Shown here: piece after piece, positions 25,997-39,629 of the stretch
Numbering within the stretch: position 1 is the stretch's first letter
How the letters are laid out: the number at the start of each line of letters is the position of its first letter
Source of the DNA: Tubulanus polymorphus
Lineage: Eukaryota; Animalia; Nemertea
DNA length: 64,000 bases
Assembly: GCF_964204645.1 (NCBI RefSeq)
Contig: NC_134028.1
Span: 18,111,653 to 18,175,652 of the forward strand
Direction of reading: 5' to 3'
Made by a program: the position numbers and the translations under genes
The notes under the pieces: model-generated
What the model was told of the DNA's origin: nothing
The model's database searches: none
Seen by the model: only the letters and a program-made list of their open reading frames with translations

Positions 25997-28385
25997 TAGG
26001 CCAGCCGTAGGCTGAGCCTATTACTATACAAATGGAGCGAATTTAAATGACATGGTTTCCACACAAAAGGCTCTTTTGCTTGCCAAGTGAGGGCATATTC
26101 GAACAAATCACGTATTTAAGCGTAATCCATTCTCGGAATCGTAGCGAGCAGAATTTTGAAATAGGGTCTCATAAAAATGTTTTCTGCATTTTTCACGAAA
26201 GTTAAATCGGGAAAATTTCAATTTTTATCAGCCAATCAGGAAGTTGTGTCTTCCCTGTGATTGGTTTATATGAAAATATCAGCAGCTGTTTTCGTGAATT
26301 ATCGCGATTTCATTACTGGCGCTTTTGCGCATGACGTCATGTATCAACACGCGACAATACTTCCGCGTTCGCTACGTGTTCGCTGATTGGCCCATTTACT
26401 GGGAAATTCCACAGAAGCCTAATGTGGTTTGTTACAAGCGCTGTGATTGGCCCGACCCGATTCTGGCATGGCTTTAGCTTAGTGGGTTCGAATCCCTTGA
26501 CGGGTGAAGATGATGGATCCTATCAATATCTATTGAAACAAATAAGTTTCCCGGTTGGGCAGCCGCGGATATCTACCGGAAGTGTTCCGGTTCGATATTT
26601 CGAGGTTTCGAGGAATTTTGGAGTGATATTGAAATCCGGTAAATACCAGCGGTAGATTGTGAAAACCCATTGCATGATATTTGTATTACTTAATCAACGA
26701 AAAGCGTCGGGGCCGCGCCAGGAGTTTTCGTGATTCAAGTAGCGCAATAGCCTACTTCTTCGTGTTCGTCCACCTCAATTTTCATTCCGCCGATCTCTGA
26801 CACGGCTCTGTCCCCGTCGGCGCTGTGATTGCACTTTCGTACCACCAACATTTTTTATTTCTATATCAGGGAGGTCTGGAGAATAAAAAAGTCAAAATTT
26901 GGATATCACATAGATAGGCCTGATTTCATCAAATAAGTCGACCATGGTCGTTACGTTTCCGTACTTATTACCACCTAAAACCGTCTGAACAATTTTGTCA
27001 CAACCAACATTTCGTTTACAGATATCAGGGTTCACGTGAACCCGCGGTCGTCTACTGTTTTACTTCCGGGTTTTATTTTAAGATTTAAAATTGTATTTCA
27101 AGATCGGTTTCTATGAAATCTTTAGTTGATTTGGTGTTTGGGAGGAATTTTTATTTGCTCTACAGAAAATTCATCCTTGACAATTGCGCAAGGTTCGCGA
27201 AAAAAATGGTTTTACCAAATCGGGTGTATGACCTTGATATGCTAATTAGCCATGTGCCCGAATTGCAAATTCAATCAAATTTTATTCTGCCAAAAAAATG
27301 TTAAATACAATTCGCTTTCCGAGAGTTAATGGTATGCTGCATGGAACAAAGTTGTTTTGAGATGGGTCTTGAAGCTATTGAGGTCGAGAGATAACCATCT
27401 AGATAGTTCGTGAGAGTTCCAAAGTTTTGAAGAGGCTTCAAGGTAATGTCTTGATATTTGGTTTATACGTGTATCTACCCTAGACACATCTTCAGGCCAA
27501 AAACTGGCCCTGTCAGATTCAAGATGGCCGACTGGCAGCCATTGTTGTTCGCCAAAATCAGCACTTTTTACACATTTTTGAAGTTTTCGAGGGAAATTTT
27601 GAAGACACTTTTATCAATAACCTTGATCATTCGTATATATTTGTTTCCCCCGAGGGCCCATTGCCATGAGAAAAATTGGGTCGATCGGACTCAAGATGGC
27701 CGTCCTGTGACCTTTTTTGTTCCCAAAAATGTCAATTTTGGCCTGAATTCTGAGTACTGTAGCTTTCTAATGGTGTGCCATGTTTCATTGCAATTTGTAA
27801 TGGGTACTCTTTGGAAAGGGATCTTTTATATCCGAGAGGGTATTTTTGACCAGGCAAATATGACGCACTTGGCGGCCATCTTGGAGTCATCAGTACTCAT
27901 TCGTAGGTGGAAAAAAGTTTTTCCACATCATAATTGATACTTAAGCATATTTTGCAACTATAATCAATTGGAAAGTTGTAGCTCATGTTCTATGATCGAG
28001 GTGAGTTTCAAGCTCATTGGTTTTTGTTTATGGCCACCAGGGGGCGTTGAACAATACAATAACTTAGTATTTCTATATTACATTCGTACCTATGCATATT
28101 TTGCTACGACAATCAATTGGAAAGTTGTAGCTCATGACATGGTCTATGATCTTGGTGAGTTTCAAGCTCATTGGTTTTTGTATATGGCCACCAGGGGCGT
28201 TGAACAATACAATAACTTAGTATTTCTATATTACATTCATTCCTGCTGTCTGTGTTAACACACGATTTTACTATGTAAATGATATTGAGCAGGGAGTGTA
28301 TATTGATAAATATAACCCACAGATTACATCATTTATAAAAAGCAAATCTGACAGGCTGGCCATTGTGCCCCTTGGGGCTCTTGTT
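25997..28385 (+). mobile_element. HINE-like family A copy splitting the 31-bp array; contains a family B fragment (~27420-28250)
   Basis: TAGGCCAGCCGTAGGCTGAGCCTA ... GGCTGGCCATTGTGCCCCTTGGGGCTCTTGTT; array register resumes immediately after. Confidence 0.7.
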
Positions 28386-28736
28386 TTGGTTTCGTCGCAC
28401 GCGACAATTCAATATTTTGGTTTTATGGCCGCGACAATTCAATATTTTGGTTTTATCGCCAGTGACAATTCATCATTTTGGTTTTATCGCCCGCGACAAT
28501 TCATTTTTTTGGTTTTGTGGCCCGTGACAATTCAATATTTTGGTTTTATCGCCAGCGACAATTCATTATTTTGGTTTTATCGCCCGCCACAATTCATTAT
28601 TTTGGTTTTATGGCCCACGACAATTTTTTTTTTTGTCGCACGCGACAATTCAATATTTTGGTTTTATCGCCTGCGACAATTCAATATTTTGGTTTTATCG
28701 CCAGCGACAATTCATTATTTTGGTTTTATCGCCCAC
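28386..28736. repeat. 31-bp tandem repeat array (continuation)
   Basis: Same unit, ~11 copies. Confidence 0.95.
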
Positions 28737-28939
28737 TTTATTAGCTTTTGAATAATTAGGCCAATTAATAACGTAATAAAGACTTATGCTTTCGCCTATT
28801 TTGAAGTCGATTAATCTAATATAGTGTCGAATATTAAGGTCATTTTGGCAGATTCTTTTTTTTAAAAGTGATATTAAAGCGATCATTCAAGTGATCCTTC
28901 TTAATGAAAGATCACATATTTTTTCTTTTTCTAAAGATG

Positions 28940-29377
28940 TACGGAAGCTTATATGTGAAAAGTGATAAAGGGCCTCGAGTTGTCACGTTCCAACTCGACA
29001 AGTCGCTATATTTATGTCGACATATCGCGATATATCGCGTCAAGTCGACATGAATATGTCGACATATCGTGACGTTTTCACGACAAATTTCGCTTTTTCG
29101 CCCATTTTCCATGGGACAAGCCGTCATTTGAAGACACGACGAAATGTAAGATGAGGACGCCAGTAATATGGCGACTGAGTTTCAAGTCGTCATGAATATG
29201 TCGAATTGTTGCGAGGAAAATGGTTGAGAAAAAGAAATATGTCGTCAAAACGTCACAATGTCGACATATTCATGTCGACTTGAAGCGATATATCGCGATA
29301 TGTCGACATAAATATGGCGACTTTGTCGAGTTGGAACGCGACAACTCGAGGCCCTTTATCACTTCCGTACTTCCGTA
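28940..29377. mobile_element. Foldback/MITE-like element with ~110 bp inverted arms
   Basis: AAGTGATAAAGGGCCTCGAGTTGTCACGTTCCAACTCGACAA ... TTGTCGAGTTGGAACGCGACAACTCGAGGCCCTTTATCACTT; outer TACGGAAG/CTTCCGTA. Confidence 0.75.
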
Positions 29378-30259
29378 TATATAGGACCCGTACAAAACCG
29401 TCGCGACCTTTTATCACGACGAAATTATGTCGAACAAACGTGATATATCGCGATATATCGACATAATTAAGTCGATATATCGTGTTAATATCACGATAAA
29501 TCGTTATACGGATCACGCCTTTCACCAATCTCGACGTCTGTAGATCAACATAACCGCGTACCGTCGACATAATTATCACTCCTTTAGCTAAAATGTCGTG
29601 ATACGTATGGCAATTTATTGAAACAATATCGCAAAAAGTCGACATAAAAATCACGACATTTTAAATAAGGTCTTCCTAGTTACATCGATATATTGAGATA
29701 GTTAACCTAATTTCAATAAGGGGACGCATACTTAATGGTGTTTAATGTTAGATGAATATGAAAGAAGAAATGAAGTTGGCAGAAAAATTAAAATGAAATC
29801 ATCACCAGAATCTGGTGGACATATTGAATGTTGGGGTTCAAGTAGAATGACCCCAAATGCTGGGGCACAATAATAGTGTTCGGTACATGGTCGATGAACT
29901 AAATAGGTCATTCGCATCAATACTTTGTCACAATTGATTGGCGGTATATTTTGGATTACTGTGTATGTCATTTGTCAGGACATTAAACAGTAGACGACTT
30001 AGGATACTACCTAGCGTGACTCCACTAGTTAGACCGACTTATTCCAAGATGAGGCGTTCCGTTGATTTTGGCTATAAGTTTTCGTTCAGAGATAACTGCT
30101 GAGCCATTTGGGCGACCTATCATTGAGACTGTTTCCTAATAGCCTGTTTAGTTAGTAATGGCTGATGTTGTGCCTTATCAAATGCTTTGTCGAAATCCAC
30201 CGATGAACAGGATTCTAAGACAGCAGAAAACCTGTTATCGCTGCTTTGCAGCTATATTT

Positions 30260-30960
30260 CTATATTATATTTGTACCTACGCATATTTTGTTACCACAAT
30301 CAATTGCAAAGTTGTAGCTCATGACATCGTCTTTGATTGTGGTGAGTTTCAAGGACATTCTATAAGTTATTCTATATGGTCACCAGGGGGCGTTGAATAG
30401 TAGAAGAACTTGGTATTTCCTTATTAGATTGGTACCTAGGGATATTTTGTTACCATCATCAATTGCAAAGTTGTAGTTCATGACATGTTCTATGATTGTG
30501 GTGAGCTTCAAGGTCATTGGGTTTTGCATATGGTCACCAGGGGGCGTTGAATAGTAGAATAACTTAGTATTTCCTTATTAGATTGGTACGTAGGGCTATT
30601 TTGTTACCATGATCCATTGCAAAGTTGTAGTTCATGACATGTTCTATGATTGTGGTGAGTTTCAAGGTCATTGGGTTTTGCATATGGTCACCAGGGGGCG
30701 TTGAATAATACAATAACTTAGTATTTCTATATTATATATGTACCTACGCATATTTTGTTACCACAATCAATTGCAAAGTTGTGGCTCATGACATGTCTAT
30801 GATTGTGGTGAGTTTCAAGGACATTAGTTATTCTATATGGTCACCAGGGGGCGTTGAATAGTAGAAGAACTTCCTTATCCTTCCTAATTTCCTTATCAGA
30901 TTGGTACCTATTTGGGATATTTGGTTACCATGATCAATTGCTAAGTTGTAGTTCATGACA
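30260..30960. repeat. ~154-bp tandem repeat (internal array of family B)
   Basis: GGTCACCAGGGGGCGTTGAA recurs at ~30378, 30532, 30686 and 30839. Confidence 0.9.
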
Positions 30961-30961
30961 A

Positions 30962-31460
30962 TATACATGCCGGTATTTATAAAATCCATTGCCTAGATTG
31001 TGATAAATTTTATATAGGTGAAAGCTCCCTCACTATTCGTATTAAAGAGCATAAGAAAGATATAATCAATCAAAAACCCTAAAGTGCTGTGGCTACCCAT
31101 GTCGGGATGTTAATGGTCATCAATTTGATTTTAGTAATTCTTGTATAATTTTTCCATCTCACAGTATTACCCAACGTCACACAGTTGAGTCAGCTTTAGT
31201 AAATTCCCATTCAAATTCTTCTGTTTATGGGAACCTTGGTTTCTCTCGCCTATAAAAAACTTTTTACATATACATTTCCTCTCTGGTCAATATCACCTAG
31301 TTTTTATGTGCAATAGTCTGTGTCATTCTTGCTTGATGTATATACTGTGTAATGCCATACTAGTCACTTTCGAAGATGGTTTTTAGCATAAATCTGAAGA
31401 TTTGAGGTTTTAAATAAATTTTAATAGTTTTGATGTTTTAAAATCTTTTTCGATCCAGTG
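30962..31460 (+). pseudogene. Penelope-like element 3' fragment (GIY-YIG endonuclease + terminal repeat)
   Basis: AGIYKIHCLDCDKFYIGES.SLTIRIKEHKKD...*SAVATH from ~30969; hammerhead-like GAAGATGGTTT...AAATCTGAA at ~31372. Confidence 0.8.
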
Positions 31461-32472
31461 ATTGTGGGACTTATATTTCATTCGTCTCTTGAGATTCATT
31501 GCGTAATTTTATCCTGTAAAGATAAGTTATGTGATCGCGCAGGAACGTCTTACTTAAGTTAAATCATTTCATGATGACATGAAACATGAAACGGTAAACT
31601 GTACCACCCATCCATGATCACGATTAAGGATAGATTATTTTATTAAATTTTGCCAGAGTTATTTATTACAGGAAAGTATCATTGTTAAGTACACCCAGAA
31701 CAACCATTTTGTATCATCAATCTGTTGATTAACGGTTTATTGGGAGGACGAAAAATACATGTTGAGAACTACCTAGACCTAAGTAGATTCATGATTCATG
31801 GCGGGGCGGGCTGTAGTACTCTGAGAATTATTATTAGCCCTTTTTCTCATCTCACTATCGGTAGCGTTCGTTAATAGCCAGATGATGATGTTTGATTGGT
31901 CTGCAAAGTTCCCTCGGTTGCGCTATATTCTAAGATAAGTTTTCACTATAAAATGCCATCCCCTGCGCATTCACGTGGTGGTAGTGGCTGATGGTTCAGG
32001 GGGATGGCTGTTGTTACCCTCAGACCTTTTATCCCCGCTGGAATAAAACTGAATCTTATTATATCAATTCACTGACAATTAGTGTTCACGTTCATTGTGC
32101 CTTTTGTTTTATGATAAAATGGTGATATACTAAAAGAAGTTCATAAAAATTTCATGTTTTCTCAAAATCTACCACTGACTGTCAGATATTCATTGCATCT
32201 GGGAAGTGGTTAAATGCAATTGCGTTTGAGTCCTGACATGGATATTTTAATGAACATATACTTAATCTGCCAGACAGGGCACGTACTGAAGGGATCAATT
32301 ATACTGCATGCCACCAACCTGACCACAATGAATATCGTGCCTAAAACACTCAAGATCAGCTGACATTCTAATTGAAACTACTAGTTACAATAGTTCTTTG
32401 CAATCTACTAGCTTAGTGTGAGCACTGGAGATACTGTGGATATGTTTACACTAAACTTTCAATTTCTTTAAG

Positions 32473-32658
32473 GCTATTGAATTATTGGCAAATGGTCAAG
32501 AAACAACGGATGTAACTTTCACTGATGGTAGAATTATTGTAAATGACGTAAATGATGAAAGGCCAACATTCTCAAAGACATCAAAATTATTAACTATCAC
32601 AGAAGGATTACGTCAAGGAACAACTTTGAGTTTAATGGATGTTAAAGATTTTGATCTT
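32473..32658 (+). CDS. Cadherin exon 5
   Basis: tttctttaag|GCT...GATCTT|gtaagt; 186 nt, phase 0/0; AIELLANGQETTDVTFTDGRIIVNDVNDERPTFSK...MDVKDFDL (DVNDxxPxF). Confidence 0.9.
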
Positions 32659-32689
32659 GTAAGTTGAATTGTTTGCTTTTCTAAACATA

Positions 32690-32792
32690 TTTGTATGCAT
32701 AATATTGTATGTATGTATATACATATGTATGCATAGTATTGTATTTATGTATGTTTGTATCTATGTATGTACTTACATATGTACTTATGTAT
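32690..32792. repeat. Degenerate (ATGT)n microsatellite
   Basis: Runs of TATG/ATGT directly after cadherin exon 5. Confidence 0.8.
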
Positions 32793-33699
32793 CCCTTTAA
32801 ATGTTATTCCTATTTACAAAAATAGCCCCTGCCGGCTATAACTTTCACTTTCCATCTGTTCAAATGGCAATATTGCTTTATGTAAGTACATTCATGGTGT
32901 GTGTATTCCAGTGGTAGACAGCGCTTGCCATGGAGCTGATTCAAAGTTGCCACTTCTCCACCACTAGTTTGTAGCCCCTTGGGACTTTAATCCCAGCGGC
33001 TAAAAGGGGACAGGTTTTTTTATCAGCTTTTTATGATGCAATTAGCGGCCATCTTGGTGCCATCAGTACTAATTCATAAGTGGAAAAAGGTTTTCCAGAT
33101 TATATTGATACCTAAGCATATTTTGTTTAGCTCATGACATGTTATATGATTGTGGAGAGTTTCAAGGTCATTGGGTTTTCCATATGGTCACCAGGGGGTG
33201 TTGAATAGTAGAATAATTTAGTATTTCCATATTTAATTGGTAACAAGGTATATGGTCATAAGGGGGCTTTGAATTTTGAAATTGTTAGATTGTTGAGCAT
33301 TTGAAACCACTCCCCAAGTGGGCATGGTTTCCCTGGACCCCTAGTTTCATTGCTAATTTGGGAGTCCGGTTATGACAGAGAAATTAATTTTCATTATCAG
33401 CGCTGTTATCAACATAAACTTCTCAAAAAACACGTGCTTTTGTTGTTTGCGCATTCATTGCTTTAGCACATCAATCAGCATCTAAAGATAGACCACTTTC
33501 CAGTTACTGAGCAGCTGCCCCAGTTTTCCTTACGCCACTATTAAGATATTAATTTAACCTAATACATGTTTGTCATTTATTGATTTTATATTTTAAAAGC
33601 TTTATTGTTTAATTCAGCAGCCAGCATAAAAAACATTTTCAAGAATTTCATTGTGATTGTCTGCTTTTTTATAGCCTCATGTGTTCTGGACTTCAAACC

Positions 33700-34735
33700 C
33701 CTCATCATGGCTTTGCGCCTTCCATGCTATGTTACTAAAGAATGGTCTACGAAATCAGCCTACAATACTTGCCTAATTAAATTCAATGTTTGGATACTCT
33801 TGCCAACATACTCGAAACCACAGAATCTTCCCCGACACGCAAGACCATGACCAACTCATATAACAACTAATATGTATTCCATCAACTCGAGTACAACCCT
33901 GAATCCATTGATCAACAAATCACACACGCTATTCATATATGTAGAGAAAGAATGCTTCAATACAACCTGCCTATGTCCAAGGAAACAGGAAGAATTCCCA
34001 TTACAGTTATCTACAGTCAACGCTTAAGTAAACTTCAGCAAATTGTCACAAATATCCAACCCATGATCGAAGAAGATAAACGTGTATGCGAGATACTACC
34101 CCAACAGCCAGTCATCACATGCCACCAATCAACCAATCTGAAAAAAACTCCTCAGCAGGAAACTCCATCAATGAAGACTCGCACAACAAAATAACTTGCC
34201 AAGATGTGAAGATACACAATAACCGTGTAAGATGATAACTAGAGAAATCCTCCAATAAATTCAGCCAAAACAAGAAACTTGAATAGAAGAGTATATATAT
34301 TTGTGCAACGTTTCGGCTAAAGACTATCAGCCATCATCTGGCGTACTGAGAACAGGAGAATATTTCAAGATATTTATACAAGACCAATACAATAGAAACG
34401 AGAGAGAGTGATTAAAATGTTGAAAGGGGAATAGATTTATGTAATGACATTATTAAGCAAAGGCAAACTAGGGGCAATATAGATTATAGTAATTTAAAAA
34501 CAAAATACACAAACTTAAGTGATTAAAACTATTCAAGTTTCTCATTTTGGCTGAATCTATTGTGGGATTTCTTTCAAAATCACTTGCTTCAACAAATCTA
34601 GATGTCAACTCATTAATATGTCACCGCAGCCAACAACATATAGTCGCTGGACCCTACACATGCGACTCCATCAACGTTGTTTATGCCATCACATGCGATA
34701 TCTGTGTAGCAGCCGAAAATCCCGATTTAGTCTAA
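33700..34735 (+). pseudogene. Penelope-like (Neptune-type) RT-linker/GIY-YIG remnant, interrupted by another PLE terminus (34241-34573)
   Basis: GRIPITVIYSQRL...ILPQQPVITCHQSTNL and YTCDSINVVYAITCDIC; inverted pair 34241-34286 / 34529-34573. Confidence 0.7.
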
Positions 34736-37238
34736 TTTAAGCAACCCCTCAGGTAGGCAGTGGACAGAATATTTTTTACTGTGCTTCTTCAAACACAGAA
34801 GCGGCTGTTGCAAGTTTTTGAACTGCTCCGAAATATTTGATTCGATTGTGGTCTCGGACATAGCTCATCGACCAAATTCACAACGTTGGTCCTACTAGCC
34901 TGAAGAAATAGATACACAAAGCACGATATTATATCAAACAATTATCAATGATTTTTTGGTTCGAAGTTGTAAAACAACTTCTAACCATAGTTATTGTATG
35001 TCGAAAAATGGCATCGGAGAAAACAAAACATTAAGTCGTGATTCGGTCAAATAGTCTGCAATACATCAGCCATATACATCGATGATACCAGTTAAAATCT
35101 ATCATTCTGTTAAATAAATGTACAAAAGAAGTTTCTGAATTTCAATTGTATCTTAAACTCAAAATTTTGTAATTCGAGCCTGATTTTAATCAAGTGCGTG
35201 GGGATACATTAGGAATAGCAAGTGATTGACAAATAAGCCGCGCCATGTTTAACAGCGTCGATCGTTGGTTGTGTCGTGGATTCCTCATCTTTATTGTATC
35301 CGTATGAAGTCTAAGGTGAGTGTCAGCAATTGGTGTGTATACTTTATTCCTCATGAATGCACGGAGGGCCTTTGATTTGTGTGAATGGACGTTAATAACA
35401 TTGAGAATTACTGCTATGGTCTGTTAGGCCTGCAGTACTGGTACGTGCTCGCATTGTTGCCGACCACCGGCCTCCACTTCAAAAATTATGAAAAAAATAT
35501 TAGAAATAATTGACATCTGATATGCACCAAATATACCTCCAAAGCAATGTATTTAGCGTCGGATATTGTGTCGAGAATTTCAGATTGATAGATTTTCAGA
35601 TCTTCCAACCACACAGGGCCGTATCTCACATAGAATTGAATACACCGGTACCTATCGGGTACTGTAAAAACGATAATCCATTTATCCTTTAATGTATATA
35701 AATATTATTATACGTTAAGACACAGAATTATCATATTATTGTTTTACAAGTACCCACACCTCGGAAGCCCTGTGCAGCATGTATAGATAAAACATTGTAT
35801 TCATTGCCTATGCCTGTATGATGACAGCAGCCAGAGTCATTTGGAAAACCCATTCCATGTATTGAACTACTGCTGATCATAATAGTCCATGGCTCCACTT
35901 CGCGTGATACTGTATCTCTTCATTTGTGGTTGATAAATGAATTACCTAGAAAACGTTTCTTTTTGGAAAATATTCTGGAAAGCAGGTACATTTTCCTCGA
36001 AAAAAATATTCCTAAAACTGGTCGGGTCCAATATATAAACCAATTTGTCGATGACGTCAGATACAAACAATAACATTACCACGTGTGCAATGCAAACAGA
36101 TGAGAAAAAAATATTTTGATACATAGATGTATTTGAAAAGGCGTAACAGAGATTCCTTTGACTTTTGATGAATTATTTTAACTCATGCCAGCTAGTGGAT
36201 GAAATAATTCAATAGTCTCCACATTTTATTCCACCAAGTCTCAAATAATTTCTGCCGACCTTTATTATTCTGCGCATGATATTAGATTTTTCTTTTTTTA
36301 GGATATGAACAGCAAAGAAACATTTGGGAGATACATTTCATGACTGATCACACCTGGGTCGATATTTCATCATTTTCTGATGTAACTCAGTATTGCTGAA
36401 GATGGCTATTGTTGAATCTTTGGAATAAACCTCCAGCTCAAGGAAACATTTTCGTACTTTCTCATCATTGTAATGGAATCTCGTTATATTATCATCACAG
36501 CACTGATGTAGTGTTTTATCAATCATGTCACGTGGCTACATTCGATTTATTTAATAAATCTTTTTGTCCTTTACTCGAGTTTTCCAGTGGTTATTACTTG
36601 GTTGACTTATTTTGCATCATCTAACCACTTATGATAAGTCTCTAAACTGACTCCTAAAATGGAATAATCTTGACTAAATCATGATTGATTACGAGGGACT
36701 ATTCACACATCGATGAGATGTATTACTAGTTTGCCAATCTATGTAACTATTCCTAATAACACTGCTTCTTCGAACCTCAGGACTCTAAAGTCCTCTTGTT
36801 TAAAGAGTTCCGAGTTATTATGAGATTTTGTGCTATATAAAGATAAATTCTATTAGGGTTTCTGCTGCTTCACAGAAACCCTCTTGTGATTTTTATTATT
36901 ATATATCCCTTTTCCAGCCAAAAATTTTTCATAAAATGAAACGTCTCGCAGATTCGACTACTAAAAGCCTGTAAACGTTATGTTTAATTTGGACAGATAT
37001 ATAACCTCTCGATGCACCGTTTCAAATTTGTATAAAATAATATACCAAGAATTAATTTCACGAAATTATGCGGATACTTTCGGTACCTTCTAAGCTATTT
37101 CTTCGGCTATCAGCCAATATGGTGATGAAAACATTCATAGCTATTATAACAGTTTACTATTGTATTCTAAAGTAGCACCAAATGCGAAAGTTAAATGCCA
37201 TTTAAAAACGATAGTAGGATACATTATGCCTAAGACGT

Positions 37239-39455
37239 CTACGTCATGGATGTGCGAGAAATCAACATGCCAGTAATGTGGGCATAATGTGAGCGATAGG
37301 ACTTGGATACGAATGCATTCGTCACCATTAGATAGCTCGATAAAGAGCTTAGTTTTTGTGCTCGAACTTTTGCAGCGATATGTAAGTGAAATATAAAAAT
37401 AAATGCGGCACAAATAAGCATAATAACCGATACTGATATGTTCACAATCAGCGTGTCCGGAAGACATAGTAACGATTCATGCGCATTTTTCGGCGTTGTT
37501 GTGGGTGTCGAGTATTTGAAAACAGATCGAGCTGCTGCAGCAATAACACCAGAGTTTGAACCTTTCTGGGTCAACAGTTGTGCTGTAGCGACCATTTGAT
37601 GGCGTTTGAAAAGAAATACACAAGTAAATAGCAAAAATATGTCAAGGCCGAGGGCAGCTAAAGTTAGAATGCCGTTAAAGTCAGGCCACGTGGTCCAAGT
37701 AGACAGATCACCAGTCAGTAGTGATGATGAGAGCGAAGCGTAAATGCGACGACCATCCTTGATGGCTTGGGTAATGCGTTTAAGGCTCAAGTCATCTTGC
37801 CGGTCATTTGCGAGAAGTTGCGACATAGAATGGTTGTAAACATTAAAGTCAGGGATATGCACTGAAAGTGGTTTGTCAGATGTAGTTTCACCTGTTAATG
37901 CTGCAACCGAAGGGTCATTGTCAAAAAAAGCATGGAGCAGTGCAAGGTTCACAGGATGTAATACAGTCAGAGGCGAATTCTTGTGACAGGAACTAGAGCG
38001 CGGAGACAAATAAAGATTATTAGCGTGGATGGCACAGAAACATGGAATCTTAATGATACAAAATTCGCAACATTTGCGAACTTCTCGTTTGTCATTCAAA
38101 CAATCAATAGTGATCACAGGGCTTCGGTAAACTAAGACAATGCCAGGTGACACTTCAATAAGCCGTGATGTAATAGCGTTGATTACAACCCGGAAGTCAC
38201 AAACCTCGCGTATAGCTTTGACAATGTTGTAAAGGACTGCATATTCACATGAGGGTTTCAGGGAAGATGTCAAAGCTAAATTGAACGGACATAGGAACTG
38301 CTTCTTTTTCTTGCAATCGCGAACATCATCATGTGAAAGTGCAGTATAGTACTGTCGGTCATCTGTGATGGCTATGTACGGAGGAAGATCAAGTTATTTG
38401 GTTGCTTTTGAGTCAGATTCATTAATAGGAACTGGAAGAGATGTGATGCTGAAAAGTTTTAGCGGGGATTTGTAAGAAGATATAGGGATACGCAATGTGA
38501 CGTAGAATTGTGAAGCGTTCCTAAAATAAATCGGTCGGGCATTTTCGTGATAAAAATTAGTGTCCGTCCGCACAATGTATTGGTTCTGGTAGGACTGCTG
38601 CAATAAGCCCTGAAGTGACGCGAGAGCCAGTTTTAAGTTTTGCGGAGGTATCAACAAAGGTGACAGTTTGTTATTGTGAAGTGTAGCGATTGATATTTTT
38701 AGCTCTTCCATTGCTATAGAAATGTCTTCTGCTTGTTGAAGTTGGCTTGCCAATAAAGCGTCCAATTGATCAGTTGCTCTTTCTTCATCTTGAATTTGAT
38801 ATTGGATGTTCGATTGCAGAACTTTGATTTGATGGAAGTTCTCTCTGATAGCTTTGAAAGCTCGGTCCGTCCGTCGAGACACAAGATTAGCATATGAAGA
38901 GAAATGATCGCCGTGATGTGAAACAGCAGAAGAAAGTAAATTTATGCGGGCTGTGAGTTTGGAAATGTGTTGTGCCAAGATTTGTATGTCGTCCATAGTT
39001 GCCGTGCCGAAAAGAATTTTACTGAAAGACCCGATAATTGAAAGAGGTGCTGAGCGTTTTGATCGTTTCGATGGAACAGGCGCTTCTGGTATCAAGGTTT
39101 GAATAACGTTGAGCGTTTTGTTAATGCGTGCGATTGTCTTGGAGCGTATTTGCATAAGCATGTATACTGCACAGTTTTTCAGTTGACAATGGCGTTTTTC
39201 CGTGTCATGGCAGCTGCAAATATCGTAGCGTGTAACGTCTGTCGTAGGTAATTCGATCTGGAAGGTGTGTGTCCAGTATTCGTTAGACATTTTAATGTTT
39301 ACGACTTCTTTAAATATCAAGCCATAGTTTAATCGTTGAATGACTGTCGAAGATGATGTCATAGCGAATCGAGTGAATAACAGTATCCAGAATAACGCCA
39401 TACCACTTAGTATGAGATCTAAAAAGATACGAGATGTAGAAGATGAGTGTGACAA
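37239..39455 (-). pseudogene. env, class I F-type fusion glycoprotein; one in-frame stop at 38394-38396
   Basis: Signal-like MALFWILLFTRFAM; furin site RSKR followed by fusion peptide SAPLSIIGSFSKILFGTATMDD; heptad region; Cys-rich region; TM GILTLAALGLDIFLLFTCVFLF; ORFs 38394-39455 and 37239-38273 are the same frame. Confidence 0.88.
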
Positions 39456-39629
39456 TTAACCCCAGCTGTTAGGTTATAGCACAGAGTCACTGAACCGTGA
39501 TGATGAAGAGCAAGGAAAGTAAGTGGTGGGCGATTTCTGAATAGTTCGAACGATGGACAGCACCAATAGTATTCGATCAAACAAGCTACCTATATGAAGT
39601 CGGAGTCAGAGAAGCATCTTGAATGCGAA

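Larger units (their letters stand above)
24366..30259 (+). mobile_element. HINE-like family C composite carrying a 31-bp array and nested elements
   Basis: 5' hairpin TAGGGTTTTCTG...CAGAAAACCCTA; ~24420-24960 near-identical to ~48212-48755; ~29960-30259 near-identical to ~52315-52616; 3' hairpin GCTGCTTTGCAGC. Confidence 0.7.

Noticed and set aside
26470-26500. tRNA B-box-like GGTTCGAATCC
   Set aside because: No cloverleaf or properly spaced A box can be built; it lies inside a repeat
27458-28258. ORFs of 96-159 aa recurring in similar form at 11798, 15122, 19966 and 23884
   Set aside because: Chance ORFs in family B repeat copies; frames and stops differ between copies and there are no protein motifs
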